A stretch of DNA of 62,034 bases. Origin: Actinomycetota bacterium. Its GTDB lineage: Bacteria > Actinomycetota > UBA4738 > CALAEC01. Below are positions 38,245 through 46,764 of the stretch, piece by piece. A model generated the notes under the pieces. It did not search any database. It had not been told where the DNA came from and saw only the letters and a list, made by a program, of their open reading frames with translations. Made by a program: the position numbers and the translations under genes. The stretch spans positions 1 through 62,034 of the forward strand of contig DASQTB010000136.1 of NCBI GenBank assembly GCA_035642095.1, in the 5' to 3' direction. Positions within the stretch are counted from its first letter, which is position 1. Each line of letters starts with the position of its first letter.

Positions 38245-38610
38245 ATGGCCACAGACCTGACGGTGAACCTGGAGAACCGCCCCGGAGAGCTGGCCCGGGT
38301 GGGCGAGGCGCTCGGCGGTGCGGGCGTCAACATCACCGGCTTCTGCGCCACCACCGCCGGAACCGCCGGCGAGGTCCACGTCATGGTGGAGGACGCCGCC
38401 GCGGCCCGCCAGGCGCTCCAGGCCGCGGGCGTTGCCGTCGCGGCGGAGCGGGAGATGCTGATCGCCTCGGTCCAGCAGAAGCCCGGGGAGCTGGGGCGAG
38501 TGACCAGGGCCCTGGCCGACGCCGGTGCGAACATCGAGCTGGCCTACCCGGCCGAGCGTGGGCTGGCCTTCGGCCTGGACGACCTGGGAAAGGCCCGGGG
38601 CGCCCTCTAG
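38245..38610 (+). CDS. ACT domain-containing protein
   Basis: Two short ACT-like repeats (NRPGELARVGEALGGAGVNI and QKPGELGRVTRALADAGANI). GGGAGG SD before ATG 38245. Confidence 0.7.
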   Translation: MATDLTVNLENRPGELARVGEALGGAGVNITGFCATTAGTAGEVHVMVEDAAAARQALQAAGVAVAAEREMLIASVQQKPGELGRVTRALADAGANIELAYPAERGLAFGLDDLGKARGAL

Positions 38611-39501
38611 GTGCGGCTCGTCACGTACGACCACGAGGGGGGCCGTCGGCTCGGGGCCCTGGTCGACGACGTGGTGGTCGATCTGCCCTCGGCGGTCGAC
38701 CACCCGGGCTTTCCGGTCACCATGGAAGGCCTCGTCGGCGCCGGGCCGGCGACCCTGCAGCGGGCCCGCCAAGCGCTGCGGCCCCGGGGAGCCTCCCAGC
38801 GGTTCGCCGTTGAGGACGCCCTTCTCCTGGTCCCTCTCCTCCCATCGTCGCTTCGTGACTTCCTGGCCTTCGAGGACCATGTCAAGGCCGGAGCGGCCCG
38901 TCGGGGGGAATCGGTCCCGGAGGCCTGGTACGAGATCCCCATCTACTACAAGGGCAACCACCGGTCGGTGATCGGGCCCGACGAGGAGGTCCCCTGGCCG
39001 CCGTTCACCGAGGAGCTCGATTTCGAGCTCGAGGTGGCGGCCGTCCTCGGCGGGCGGGGCCGCGACCTGGACGCCGGCACGGCCGCCCAGCTGGTGTTCG
39101 GCTACACGCTGATGAACGACTGGTCGGCCCGGGACATCCAGCGGAAGGAGATGGCCGCCCGGCTGGGTCCGGCCAAGAGCAAGGACTTCGCCACCTCGTT
39201 CGGCCCCTGCATCATCACGGCGGACGAGTTCGACCCGGCGTCGGTGCGGCTCACCGCCCGCATCGACGACGACGTGTGGGCCGAGGGATCTCTGGCCGAC
39301 GCGTACTGGACGTTCCCTCAGATGATCGCTCACGTGTCTCAGGGCGAGGAGGTGTGGCCCGGCGACGTGTACGGGAGTGGCACCTTCGGCGGTGGGTGCG
39401 GGTTGGATCTGGGCCGCTTTCTGTGGCCCGGCGCAGTGGTCGAGCTGGAGGCGGAGGGGATCGGCGTCCTCCGCAACCGGGTCGGCCCCAAGCCGGGCTG
39501 A
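38611..39501 (+). CDS. fumarylacetoacetate hydrolase (FAH) family protein
   Basis: FEDHV..., ELEVAAVLG, GYTLMNDWSARDIQ and GDVYGSGT match FAH-fold motifs. GTG start directly after the upstream stop. Confidence 0.85.
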   Translation: MRLVTYDHEGGRRLGALVDDVVVDLPSAVDHPGFPVTMEGLVGAGPATLQRARQALRPRGASQRFAVEDALLLVPLLPSSLRDFLAFEDHVKAGAARRGESVPEAWYEIPIYYKGNHRSVIGPDEEVPWPPFTEELDFELEVAAVLGGRGRDLDAGTAAQLVFGYTLMNDWSARDIQRKEMAARLGPAKSKDFATSFGPCIITADEFDPASVRLTARIDDDVWAEGSLADAYWTFPQMIAHVSQGEEVWPGDVYGSGTFGGGCGLDLGRFLWPGAVVELEAEGIGVLRNRVGPKPG

Positions 39502-39543
39502 GAACCCTGGCCTTCCTGGCCGTCGCCGGGACGACCATCCTGG

Positions 39544-40497
39544 TCAGGCGAAATCGGGGCCGAGGGGAAGCAGCTCGTCCAGCTCCTTGAGCGTCGCCTC
39601 GTCGAGCCTGATCTCACCGGCGGCGGCGTTCTGGCGGACGTGGTCGGGATTGCGGCTCCCGGCGATGGCCGCAGTCACGCCCGGCTGGTGGAACGTCCAC
39701 GCCAGGGCGAGTTGGGCAACGGTCACATCGAGGCGGCCGGCGATGGGGCGCATCCCCTGGACCACGGCCAGGCTGCGCTCCTTCTTGCCGGGGGCGAACA
39801 TGTCGCGGTAGTACCCGCCAGACCACCGTCCGCTTCGCCAGTCGCCCCGCTCGTACTCGGTCTCCATGGTGATCGCCCCGGTGAGGAGCCCGTAGGCCAG
39901 CGGCCCGTAGCACACCACGCCGGTCCCTCGCTCGCCGCACCACCGGATCAGATCGCGATGCTCGAGATGCAACATCGAGAAGTGCGGCTGGATCGAGTCG
40001 ACGTGCCGGATCTCCGCGCAGCGCTCGATCAGCTCCCGATCGAAGTTCGACACGCCGATGGCCCGCACCGTTCCCTCCTCCACCAGGCCCGCCATGGCCT
40101 CCCACGTGTCCTCCACGGCCACGTCGTCGTCGGTCCAGTGGAGCTGGTACAGATCGATGTGGTCGGTGCCCAGCCGTTCCAGGCTCCCGCGGCAGGCCCG
40201 CCGGACCTCGTCCGGACGGAAGCCGGTTCCGTCCGGGCGAGGAGCGACCTTGGTCGCCAGGACGACCTGGTCCCGCCTGCCCTCGACGGCTCGCCCGACC
40301 AGCCGCTCGGAGGTCCCGTCCCCGTAGACCTCCGCGGTGTCGATCCAGGTGACGCCGGCGTCGAGTCCGGCCCGGATGGCCTCGACGACTCGCTCCTCCG
40401 ACTCGTTCGGCCCCCAGGCGTCGCCGCCAGCCTCCCAGGCACCGAAGCCCACCACGGAGACCTCCGGGCCCTGCGATCCCAGCTTCCGGGTCTGCAT
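39544..40497 (-). CDS. aldo/keto reductase
   Basis: MQTRKLGSQGPEVSVVGFGAWE, IDTAEVYG, DLYQLHW and AIGVSNF. Start at ATG 40497. Confidence 0.9.
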   Translation of the reverse strand: MQTRKLGSQGPEVSVVGFGAWEAGGDAWGPNESEERVVEAIRAGLDAGVTWIDTAEVYGDGTSERLVGRAVEGRRDQVVLATKVAPRPDGTGFRPDEVRRACRGSLERLGTDHIDLYQLHWTDDDVAVEDTWEAMAGLVEEGTVRAIGVSNFDRELIERCAEIRHVDSIQPHFSMLHLEHRDLIRWCGERGTGVVCYGPLAYGLLTGAITMETEYERGDWRSGRWSGGYYRDMFAPGKKERSLAVVQGMRPIAGRLDVTVAQLALAWTFHQPGVTAAIAGSRNPDHVRQNAAAGEIRLDEATLKELDELLPLGPDFA

Positions 40498-40510
40498 CGA
40501 GATCAGTGTC

Positions 40511-41344
40511 TCATCGGCCGCCGGGGGCGACGAAGCTCCGAACCGCGTGGGGGACGGTAGCCTTGCAGGTGAGGAGCTGTGGGCCGCGCCGGCCGACCTC
40601 GACGTCGACCGCCCGCCGGGTCGTTCCCTCCACGAATTCGACTCGATGGACGCCTCCGCCGACCTCGGCATGGTCGACGAGGACGAGGTCGTCCACCCCC
40701 ACGATCCGGTGGCGACGCCGGATCACGTGCTCGGCGGCCTGGACCGGCGGAGAAAACGCGGATCGTCCCCGATAGAAGGCCAGCTCGATGCGCCCCTCCG
40801 CGTAGGAAGCGGCTACGCCGGCGCCGGCATCCGGGCCCACCCGCCCGAAGTACAGGCCGTGCGGGAAACAGACCAGGTTCCCGGCGAAGCGGTCTCCACC
40901 GATGTGCGTGCATTCCCAGACGTCCGGCGAGGTGGCCATGGCCCGATAGAGCGGCCCGCCGCGACGCGCACAGCACGGATCGTGCTTCCCGTGCGTGCAC
41001 ACCAGATAGCGCGGATCGTCAACCTCTTCGCCCAGGCCGTCGAACCGCCGGCGAGCCGCCCCGGCGATGTCCATATCCAGGATCTGGGCGACATCCTCGA
41101 GCTCGAACGTCCTGAGCAGACGCTGTCGCGCCCCCGTGTACGCCACGAAGCAGCGCCGGGGCCGGCCGCGGGCCCGGCCGCGGCGCTTGATCAGCAGGAC
41201 GCGGATCCGATGACGCCGAGCCAGGGCCCGCAGGCGGATCCCGACCTCGGTGGGAAGATCGCTCTGGACCAGCGCGTCGTGACCCCACGGCCCGGGCTGC
41301 TCCACCATCAGCCAGAACCGGTACCGGGAAGCCGTCCCCGTCAT
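40511..41344 (-). CDS. sucrase/ferredoxin-like (thioredoxin-like [2Fe-2S]) family protein
   Basis: LVCTHGKHDPCCARRGGPL and CTHIGGDRFAGN match the Suc_Fer-like cysteine pattern. Start at ATG 41344. Confidence 0.7.
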   Translation of the reverse strand: MTGTASRYRFWLMVEQPGPWGHDALVQSDLPTEVGIRLRALARRHRIRVLLIKRRGRARGRPRRCFVAYTGARQRLLRTFELEDVAQILDMDIAGAARRRFDGLGEEVDDPRYLVCTHGKHDPCCARRGGPLYRAMATSPDVWECTHIGGDRFAGNLVCFPHGLYFGRVGPDAGAGVAASYAEGRIELAFYRGRSAFSPPVQAAEHVIRRRHRIVGVDDLVLVDHAEVGGGVHRVEFVEGTTRRAVDVEVGRRGPQLLTCKATVPHAVRSFVAPGGR

Positions 41345-41387
41345 CGGCTCCCCCCGGGCCTCGGACCGGTCCGCGCAGCGGGCGGCT

Positions 41388-42590
41388 TCAGCCTCCGGCA
41401 TCCACGACCTCGACCGCGCCCTCCCGGACCAGGCGCCGGGCCAGGACGAGTCTCGAAGGTTCGTCCAGGCCGGGGAGGTCGGAGGGCCGGAACCGCTCCC
41501 GGGCATCGGCCACGAACCGAAGGGCGGTCTCACAGAACGCCGGCATCCGGAGCTCCCGCAGGCCCAGCGATACCACGGCCTCCTTCTCCTCGACGGCGAC
41601 CACGAAAACCGCGCCGGGCCGCCGTCGGCACGCCGTGCCGGCCTCCATCCGCCGGGCCGCTTCGAGTTGATGGAGCTGACCGGAGAGAAGCGGCCGGCGT
41701 CGGGACCAGAACGCTTTGGAGAATGCGGCCACGGCATCCCCATCGACGGCGCGGTCGAGCCAGTGGTGGAGGTCCTTCAGCCGTACACCGAGCTCGGCCG
41801 TGAGCGCCTCGGGATCGCCGGCGAATCCCGGAGGAAGCGCATCACGGAACGGCCGGTGCTCGGCGGCCCGGCGAAACACGTGTCGCCACAGATCCAGCCA
41901 CGTGTGGGCCAGGACACCGATCGTGACGTGGATCGACACCTCCTCCTGGGCCTCGGCGTCGTGGGGGAACCCCCGAGGGAGGTACAGGGCGTCGCCGGGC
42001 TCGAGCTCGGCTTCGAGCAGGGGCGATCCGGGATCGCCCAGCGACTCCTTCCAGGGCTGCTCCGGTCCGGGCAGGTCGATCAGGGGCCGGTAGACCCGCC
42101 ACCGCTTCCGGCCCTTCGTCTGGAGCACGAAGACGTCGTGGGTGTGGTGGTGGACGGCGAAGCCCCGCGCGGTGGGCGGCGTGACGTAGGCGTTCGCCTG
42201 GACGGGATGGGTCAGCGAGAGCTCCAGGTCCCGGCAGAACCGGGCCACCGGAGGCCACTGCCGGTGGAGGGCCTGGAGGACGATGGTGGCGCCGTCCGCG
42301 AACTCGGCCATCACCCGATCCGGCCTAACCGTTCGCTCCACGGGCCGCCCACCGATCCGGATCGTCTGGGTGTAGGAGGACGGCTCCAGGGGAGCGCCAT
42401 CCCGGACCAGGCGAAACGAAGGCATCCGGAGGAGCGTCCCGGTGACGAGGTGATCGACGTCCCCCACATCGAGGAGTCCGTCGAACCGGTCCTGGTCATG
42501 GTGCAGGAGCGGCTCCCTGCCCCAATGGCGGTCCAGGAACGCGCCAGGCTCACCGACGCACCGCCGGAGGGCGGCACCGTCCGCGGTCAT
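41388..42590 (-). CDS. JmjC/cupin-4 domain protein (2-oxoglutarate/Fe(II) oxygenase-like)
   Basis: VHHHTHDVFVLQTKGRKRWRVY and YLPRGFPHDAE fit the HxD...H facial triad context of the cupin_4 family. Confidence 0.7.
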   Translation of the reverse strand: MTADGAALRRCVGEPGAFLDRHWGREPLLHHDQDRFDGLLDVGDVDHLVTGTLLRMPSFRLVRDGAPLEPSSYTQTIRIGGRPVERTVRPDRVMAEFADGATIVLQALHRQWPPVARFCRDLELSLTHPVQANAYVTPPTARGFAVHHHTHDVFVLQTKGRKRWRVYRPLIDLPGPEQPWKESLGDPGSPLLEAELEPGDALYLPRGFPHDAEAQEEVSIHVTIGVLAHTWLDLWRHVFRRAAEHRPFRDALPPGFAGDPEALTAELGVRLKDLHHWLDRAVDGDAVAAFSKAFWSRRRPLLSGQLHQLEAARRMEAGTACRRRPGAVFVVAVEEKEAVVSLGLRELRMPAFCETALRFVADARERFRPSDLPGLDEPSRLVLARRLVREGAVEVVDAGG

Positions 42591-42617
42591 CCGGTCGAGC
42601 GCTTCGCGTCGGGCGCG

Positions 42618-42809
42618 CTACGGGTCGATGGCGTCCGTGTCGCCGCCGGCGTCGTCGGTCGCATCGTCGTCGGCGTCGGTGTCGTCCTTGTCGTCAGTGT
42701 CGGTGTCGTCGACGTCATCGGCATCCGGGTCGGTCTCGCCTCGGATCGTGCCGCCGACCGTGACCGTGCGGATGTCCTCGTCGGTCAGGGTCCTGTCCCG
42801 CTCCGTCAT
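42618..42809 (-). CDS. 63-aa extremely acidic Asp-rich protein, unknown function
   Basis: Translation is MTERDRTLTDEDIRTVTVGGTIRGETDPDADDVDDTDTDDKDDTDADDDATDDAGGDTDAIDP. A strong AGGAGGAGGAG SD lies 4-5 nt upstream of the ATG. Confidence 0.55.
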   Translation of the reverse strand: MTERDRTLTDEDIRTVTVGGTIRGETDPDADDVDDTDTDDKDDTDADDDATDDAGGDTDAIDP

Positions 42810-42867
42810 CGGCTCCTCCTCCTGTCTCTCCGATCAGGCTATGTCCGCCGGCCGGGACACGCAAACC

Positions 42868-43983
42868 TCAGTCGATCAGGCCGAGCCCCCGGGCCCACGA
42901 GGTCGGGTATCCATCCACCTCGACCGTCCCCAGGGCCTGGTCGGCGCTCAGCGGCCGCTCCGCCTCGACCATGATCGCGTACTCGTCGGCGAACTCCTTG
43001 GTCTTCGACGCCTCGATGGCGGCCGCCTGGGGCCCGTGGTGCAGTCCCTGGGGGTGGTGGGTGATGAACGCCTCGCCGATCCCGGCCCGGGAGAAGAACT
43101 GGCCCTGATGATAGAACAGGACCTCGTCCCGGTCGATGTTCGAGTGGAAGAACGGGACCCGCAGTGCCTCGGGGTCGCCCGTCTCCGTCGGCCTGGGGGC
43201 GAACGTCCCGATCTCGAACCCGTCGGAGGCCCAGGTGACGTGGACGCTGGGTGGGACGTGGTAGCGGGGGGACACCACCGGCCGGAAGTCGGCCACGTTC
43301 AGCCGGATGGGACAGAGGTCGCCCTGCCACCCGACCACGTCCAGCGGATGGAACGGGTACAGCAGCGTGGTGTAGCCATGGTCCCGCTTCACCCGGACGA
43401 CGAACTCACCCTCCTCGGTGTGGGGCTCGGGCTCCGGCGTCTCCAGGACGCCGGGGTCGAACAGCGAGTGCTTGCCCAGGATCCCTCGGTCGGGGATCCG
43501 GTACTCTCCTCGCCCCTCGATCACGTACAGGAACGTGTCGCCGGTTTCGGGGATCACCCGGTGGGTCGTCCCCTTGGGGACGATGAGGTAGTCCCCGGTC
43601 CGATATCGGAGGGGGCCGTAGTCAGTCTCCAGCAGCCCTTCGCCGCGATGGACGAAGTAGCAGAGGTCGCCGTCGGCGTCCCGGAGATAGTTCGGAGTGA
43701 CCCCGGCCGGACGGGAGACGAAGATGGCCACGTCGTCGTTCCACAGAATCCGCTGCCAGGAATCGGAGGCGTCGGCCTGGTCCGGGGTCTTGAGCCCCCT
43801 CAGGTCGTACGCTCGAGGCGTCAGGTCCCCCTCGATCCTCACCCACGCGGTGGGCGGGTGAGAGCGGTAGAGATGGGAGGCCCGCCCCTCGAACGCCTCC
43901 CGGCCGTGCTCCTCTTCATAGGTTCCATCGGGCAGGCCGACGTGAGCCTGCTTGGCCACCTTTCCCTTCGACAGTGGGAACAT
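42868..43983 (-). CDS. hmgA: homogentisate 1,2-dioxygenase family protein
   Basis: 371 aa with a cupin core (YLIVPKGTTHRV) and FFHSNIDRDEVLFYH...HHPQGLHHGP, resembling bacterial HGD-family enzymes. GAGGGAGG SD before ATG 43983. Confidence 0.7.
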   Translation of the reverse strand: MFPLSKGKVAKQAHVGLPDGTYEEEHGREAFEGRASHLYRSHPPTAWVRIEGDLTPRAYDLRGLKTPDQADASDSWQRILWNDDVAIFVSRPAGVTPNYLRDADGDLCYFVHRGEGLLETDYGPLRYRTGDYLIVPKGTTHRVIPETGDTFLYVIEGRGEYRIPDRGILGKHSLFDPGVLETPEPEPHTEEGEFVVRVKRDHGYTTLLYPFHPLDVVGWQGDLCPIRLNVADFRPVVSPRYHVPPSVHVTWASDGFEIGTFAPRPTETGDPEALRVPFFHSNIDRDEVLFYHQGQFFSRAGIGEAFITHHPQGLHHGPQAAAIEASKTKEFADEYAIMVEAERPLSADQALGTVEVDGYPTSWARGLGLID

Positions 43984-43996
43984 CCGACCTCCCTCG

Positions 43997-44119
43997 CTAC
44001 GACTTGGCCCGCGACCGGCGGGCGACACCCCGCTCCCCGGTGCTTCGCTTCTCCCGGGCCTTCTTCTTTCGCTCCCGGTCGTGCGCCCAGCGCACCTTGC
44101 GCCTGTCACCCCTACCCAT
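43997..44119 (-). CDS. 40-aa highly basic micro-protein, unknown function
   Basis: Below the track cutoff. Translation is MGRGDRRKVRWAHDRERKKKAREKRSTGERGVARRSRAKS. 35 of 40 third positions are G/C. It is packed 20 nt after the proC stop and 13 nt before the hmgA start. Confidence 0.4.
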   Translation of the reverse strand: MGRGDRRKVRWAHDRERKKKAREKRSTGERGVARRSRAKS

Positions 44120-44139
44120 GTCCACCCCTTCGTCCTCGG

Positions 44140-44973
44140 CTACAGCTGCTCGGCCTCGCTCCCCTTGGCCAGCTCCGTGCTCCGCTGGCGGGCCGCGTCG
44201 ATGGCGTTCAGGAAGGCGGCCCGCACGCCCGCCTGCTCCAGGTGGCGGATCGCGGCGATCGTCGTCCCGCCCGGGGAGGTCACCATCTCCCGGACCTCCA
44301 CGGGGTGCATCCTGGTGTCCCGAAGCATCTTCGCCGTTCCCAGCATGGTCTGGACGATGAGCTCGGTGGCCACGTCGCGGGACAGCCCCAGCAGGATGCA
44401 GCCGTCGATCATGGCCTCGGCCAGCAATGCGAAGTAGGCGGGGCCCGACCCGCTGGTAGCGGTGACCGCATCCTGCGCCGACTCGGACACCCGGATCACC
44501 CGACCCACCGAGCCGAGCAGCTCCTCGGCCACGGCGAGGTGCTTGTCCCCAGCGTGGGTCCCGGGGCTGATCGCGGACATCGCCTCGTCCACCAGGACCG
44601 GAACGTTCGACATCACTCGAACCACCGGGGTCGCCTCCGGCACCCGGGACTCGATGAACGAACACCGGATCCCCGCGGCGAACGTGATCACCAGATGGTC
44701 CGGTGTCACGTGCTGTCCGATCAGGTCGAGCAGGGCGTCCATGTCCTGCGGCTTAACCGTCAGGACGAGCGTCCGGGCCCACGCCGCCGCGTCGGGGTTC
44801 GACAGCGTGGCCTCGACGCCGTGCCGGTCGCGGAGCTCACGGGCGCGTTCCTCCCGGCGGGCGGTGACCGTGATCTCGTCCGCGCTCCGGCCGCCCGACC
44901 GGATCAGGCCCGACACCAGGGCTTCGCCCATCTTTCCCGCGCCCAGGAATGCGACTCTACGCTCGTCCGTCAT
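44140..44973 (-). CDS. proC: pyrroline-5-carboxylate reductase
   Basis: VAFLGAGKMGEALVSGL (Rossmann fold) and VTSPGGTTIAAIRHLE (the ProC signature). ATGA overlap with the upstream gene. Confidence 0.92.
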   Translation of the reverse strand: MTDERRVAFLGAGKMGEALVSGLIRSGGRSADEITVTARREERARELRDRHGVEATLSNPDAAAWARTLVLTVKPQDMDALLDLIGQHVTPDHLVITFAAGIRCSFIESRVPEATPVVRVMSNVPVLVDEAMSAISPGTHAGDKHLAVAEELLGSVGRVIRVSESAQDAVTATSGSGPAYFALLAEAMIDGCILLGLSRDVATELIVQTMLGTAKMLRDTRMHPVEVREMVTSPGGTTIAAIRHLEQAGVRAAFLNAIDAARQRSTELAKGSEAEQL

Positions 44974-45899
44974 CCACCCCTCCGCAGCAGGTTGCTCATG
45001 AAGAACCACATGTTGGCAGGCCGCTCGGCCAGCCGTCTGGTCAGGTACGGGTACCACTGTGAACCGTACGGGATGTAGGCCCGGACCGGGTAGCCCGACT
45101 CGACGTAGCGCTGCTGGAGATCGCGCCGGATGCCGTACAGCATCTGGAGCTCCACCCGCTCCCAGGGGACGCCTCGCCGATCAACCAGCCGGACGGCACC
45201 CTCCAGCAGTCCTGGATCGTGGGTCGCCACGTGGACGGGGTGCTCCCTCTCGACCAGCGTGGCGAACAGGACCGCGTAGGCGCGGTCAACGTCGACGCGG
45301 CGTCGGAACGCCACCGAGGACGGCTCCAGATACGCCCCTTTGACCAGTCGAACCGGGGCCTCGGACGGAAGGCGGAACACGTCCTCGACCGTCCGCCGGA
45401 GGTAGCTCTGCAGCGCCACCCCCACGTTTCGGTGGCGCCGACGAAGGCTCCGGAGGGCCTCGAGGGTCCGATCCACGTACTCGTGACTTTCCATGTCGAT
45501 CATGACCAGGGTGCCTCGAGCCTCGGCGGCCGCCAGCACACGCTCGGTGCTCTCCAGACATAGGTCCATCCCCAGATCGAGGCCGAGCTGGGTCAGCTTC
45601 ACGGCGATGTTGCAGTCGAGGGTCTCCACCTCTTCGATCCGCTTCAGGGCCAAGATGTAGGCGTCCGCGGCGGCCGATGCCTGGGACTCGGACGTCACGT
45701 TCTCTCCGAGATAGTCGAGCATCGCCCGGATCCCGCCACCTTCAAGGTCCCGAGCCGCACGGAGCGCGTCCTCCAGCTTCTCTCCGGCGACGAATCGGCC
45801 GGCCACGGTCCTGCCCAACCCGGTGGAGGTCACCACCCGGCGGACCGGTCGAAGCCCGGCCAGCCACGACACGGGCGCCCGGAGCGGCGCCCCGGTCAC
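44970..45899 (-). CDS. putA: proline dehydrogenase
   Basis: MLDYLGE, IAVKLTQLG, VMIDMES, VRLVKGAY, ATHD and YIPYG...WYPYLTRRLAERPAN are monofunctional PRODH motifs. The start is tentatively GTG 45899. Confidence 0.85.
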   Translation of the reverse strand: MTGAPLRAPVSWLAGLRPVRRVVTSTGLGRTVAGRFVAGEKLEDALRAARDLEGGGIRAMLDYLGENVTSESQASAAADAYILALKRIEEVETLDCNIAVKLTQLGLDLGMDLCLESTERVLAAAEARGTLVMIDMESHEYVDRTLEALRSLRRRHRNVGVALQSYLRRTVEDVFRLPSEAPVRLVKGAYLEPSSVAFRRRVDVDRAYAVLFATLVEREHPVHVATHDPGLLEGAVRLVDRRGVPWERVELQMLYGIRRDLQQRYVESGYPVRAYIPYGSQWYPYLTRRLAERPANMWFFMSNLLRRGG

Positions 45900-45900
45900 C

Positions 45901-46452
45901 TCAGGCCACCCGGGCCCCGAGGATCTTCTCGATGTGGCTGAGAGCCCACCGATTGACCTCCCCGTGTTCGTGGCCCGGAGCGCTGAACGTCTCGCACCCA
46001 TCCCGCCGGACGACCACGTCGTAGTCCCGGTTCCGCAGGTCGGAGGTCGTGTGCAGGACGCAGATGTCTGTGCAGAACCCGCAGACGTGGACCTCATCGG
46101 GGCGGAGGTCCTTGAGGACCTGCTCCAGCTCGGTCTCGAAAAAGGCCGAATACCGATGCTTCTGGATCACCGCGGCGGCGTCCGGCTCGAGGTCTCGGAG
46201 CTCCTCCACCAGGTCGTGCTCGTCCGTCCCAACGATGCAGTGGGGGGGAAACATCCGAAACTCGGCGTCGTTCTCGACGTGGCTGTCCTTGGTGAAGAGC
46301 ACCGGGGTGCCGACAGCGATCTCGTCCTCGACGATCCGCCGGATCCGAGGGATCGCCGCGGTGCATTCCGGGCTAGCCAGGTTCCCCTGTCGGGTGAAAC
46401 CTTCCTGTGCGTCGGTGACGATCAGGACCCGGCCGGGCACACGTTCCTCCAT
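45901..46452 (-). CDS. isochorismatase-family cysteine hydrolase (nicotinamidase-like)
   Basis: LIVTDAQEGF, KHRYSAFF and VCGFCTDICV (catalytic Cys) are present. Start at ATG 46452. Confidence 0.8.
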   Translation of the reverse strand: MEERVPGRVLIVTDAQEGFTRQGNLASPECTAAIPRIRRIVEDEIAVGTPVLFTKDSHVENDAEFRMFPPHCIVGTDEHDLVEELRDLEPDAAAVIQKHRYSAFFETELEQVLKDLRPDEVHVCGFCTDICVLHTTSDLRNRDYDVVVRRDGCETFSAPGHEHGEVNRWALSHIEKILGARVA

Positions 46453-46711
46453 ACGGGACGCCTCTCGACCCAACGAAGTATAGGCCGGAAGTTCCCATTG
46501 ACCCTCCTCACATCCTGGTACGGTCCTGCCGTTCCCGGGCACACCGAGTCCCTCTGAGCGTGCAGGTCCGGATGTGGGAGGAAGTGCCGTCGCTCCAAAC
46601 GGAGCGACGATCTGGGGCGTGGTCGACGCCACCATCAACCAGACCGGCAACTCACTGCACGTTCGCCGGTTTCACCCTGTTCGTCGGTCCGACAAGCGAG
46701 GATCCCGACTG

Positions 46712-46746
46712 AAAGAAGGGGCGGCGCGTACGCACCGCCCCTTCTT
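46712..46746 (-). terminator. intrinsic terminator hairpin (minus-strand orientation)
   Basis: AAGAAGGGGCGGUG-CGUACG-CGCCGCCCCUUCUU followed by UC. The stem has one G.U pair on the minus strand that would be a C.A mismatch on the plus strand. Confidence 0.6.
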
Positions 46747-46764
46747 GAGTCGCGGGGGGATATC

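Noticed and set aside
42640-42740. GTC/GAC-rich tract, considered as a non-coding microsatellite
   Set aside because: It is imperfect, in frame, and encodes the Asp-rich peptide behind a strong SD. It is better explained as coding low complexity.
42628-45078. 816-aa plus-strand ORF
   Set aside because: It lies antisense to the homogentisate dioxygenase, proC and proline dehydrogenase genes, all with strong homology signatures. Its sequence is low-complexity and Arg/Pro/Gly-rich.
46373-46498. 41-codon ORF behind the GAGGAGGG SD-like element in the leader
   Set aside because: Third-position GC is far below the genome norm. It overlaps the isochorismatase-family start out of frame, and the peptide has no recognisable features. 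I treat it as a possible regulatory uORF at most, not a gene.
46616-46634. Plus-strand hairpin GGCGU-GGUCG-ACGCC followed by ACCA, considered as a tRNA-like 3' end
   Set aside because: Only a 5-bp stem with no D, anticodon or T arms nearby. Most likely coincidental.
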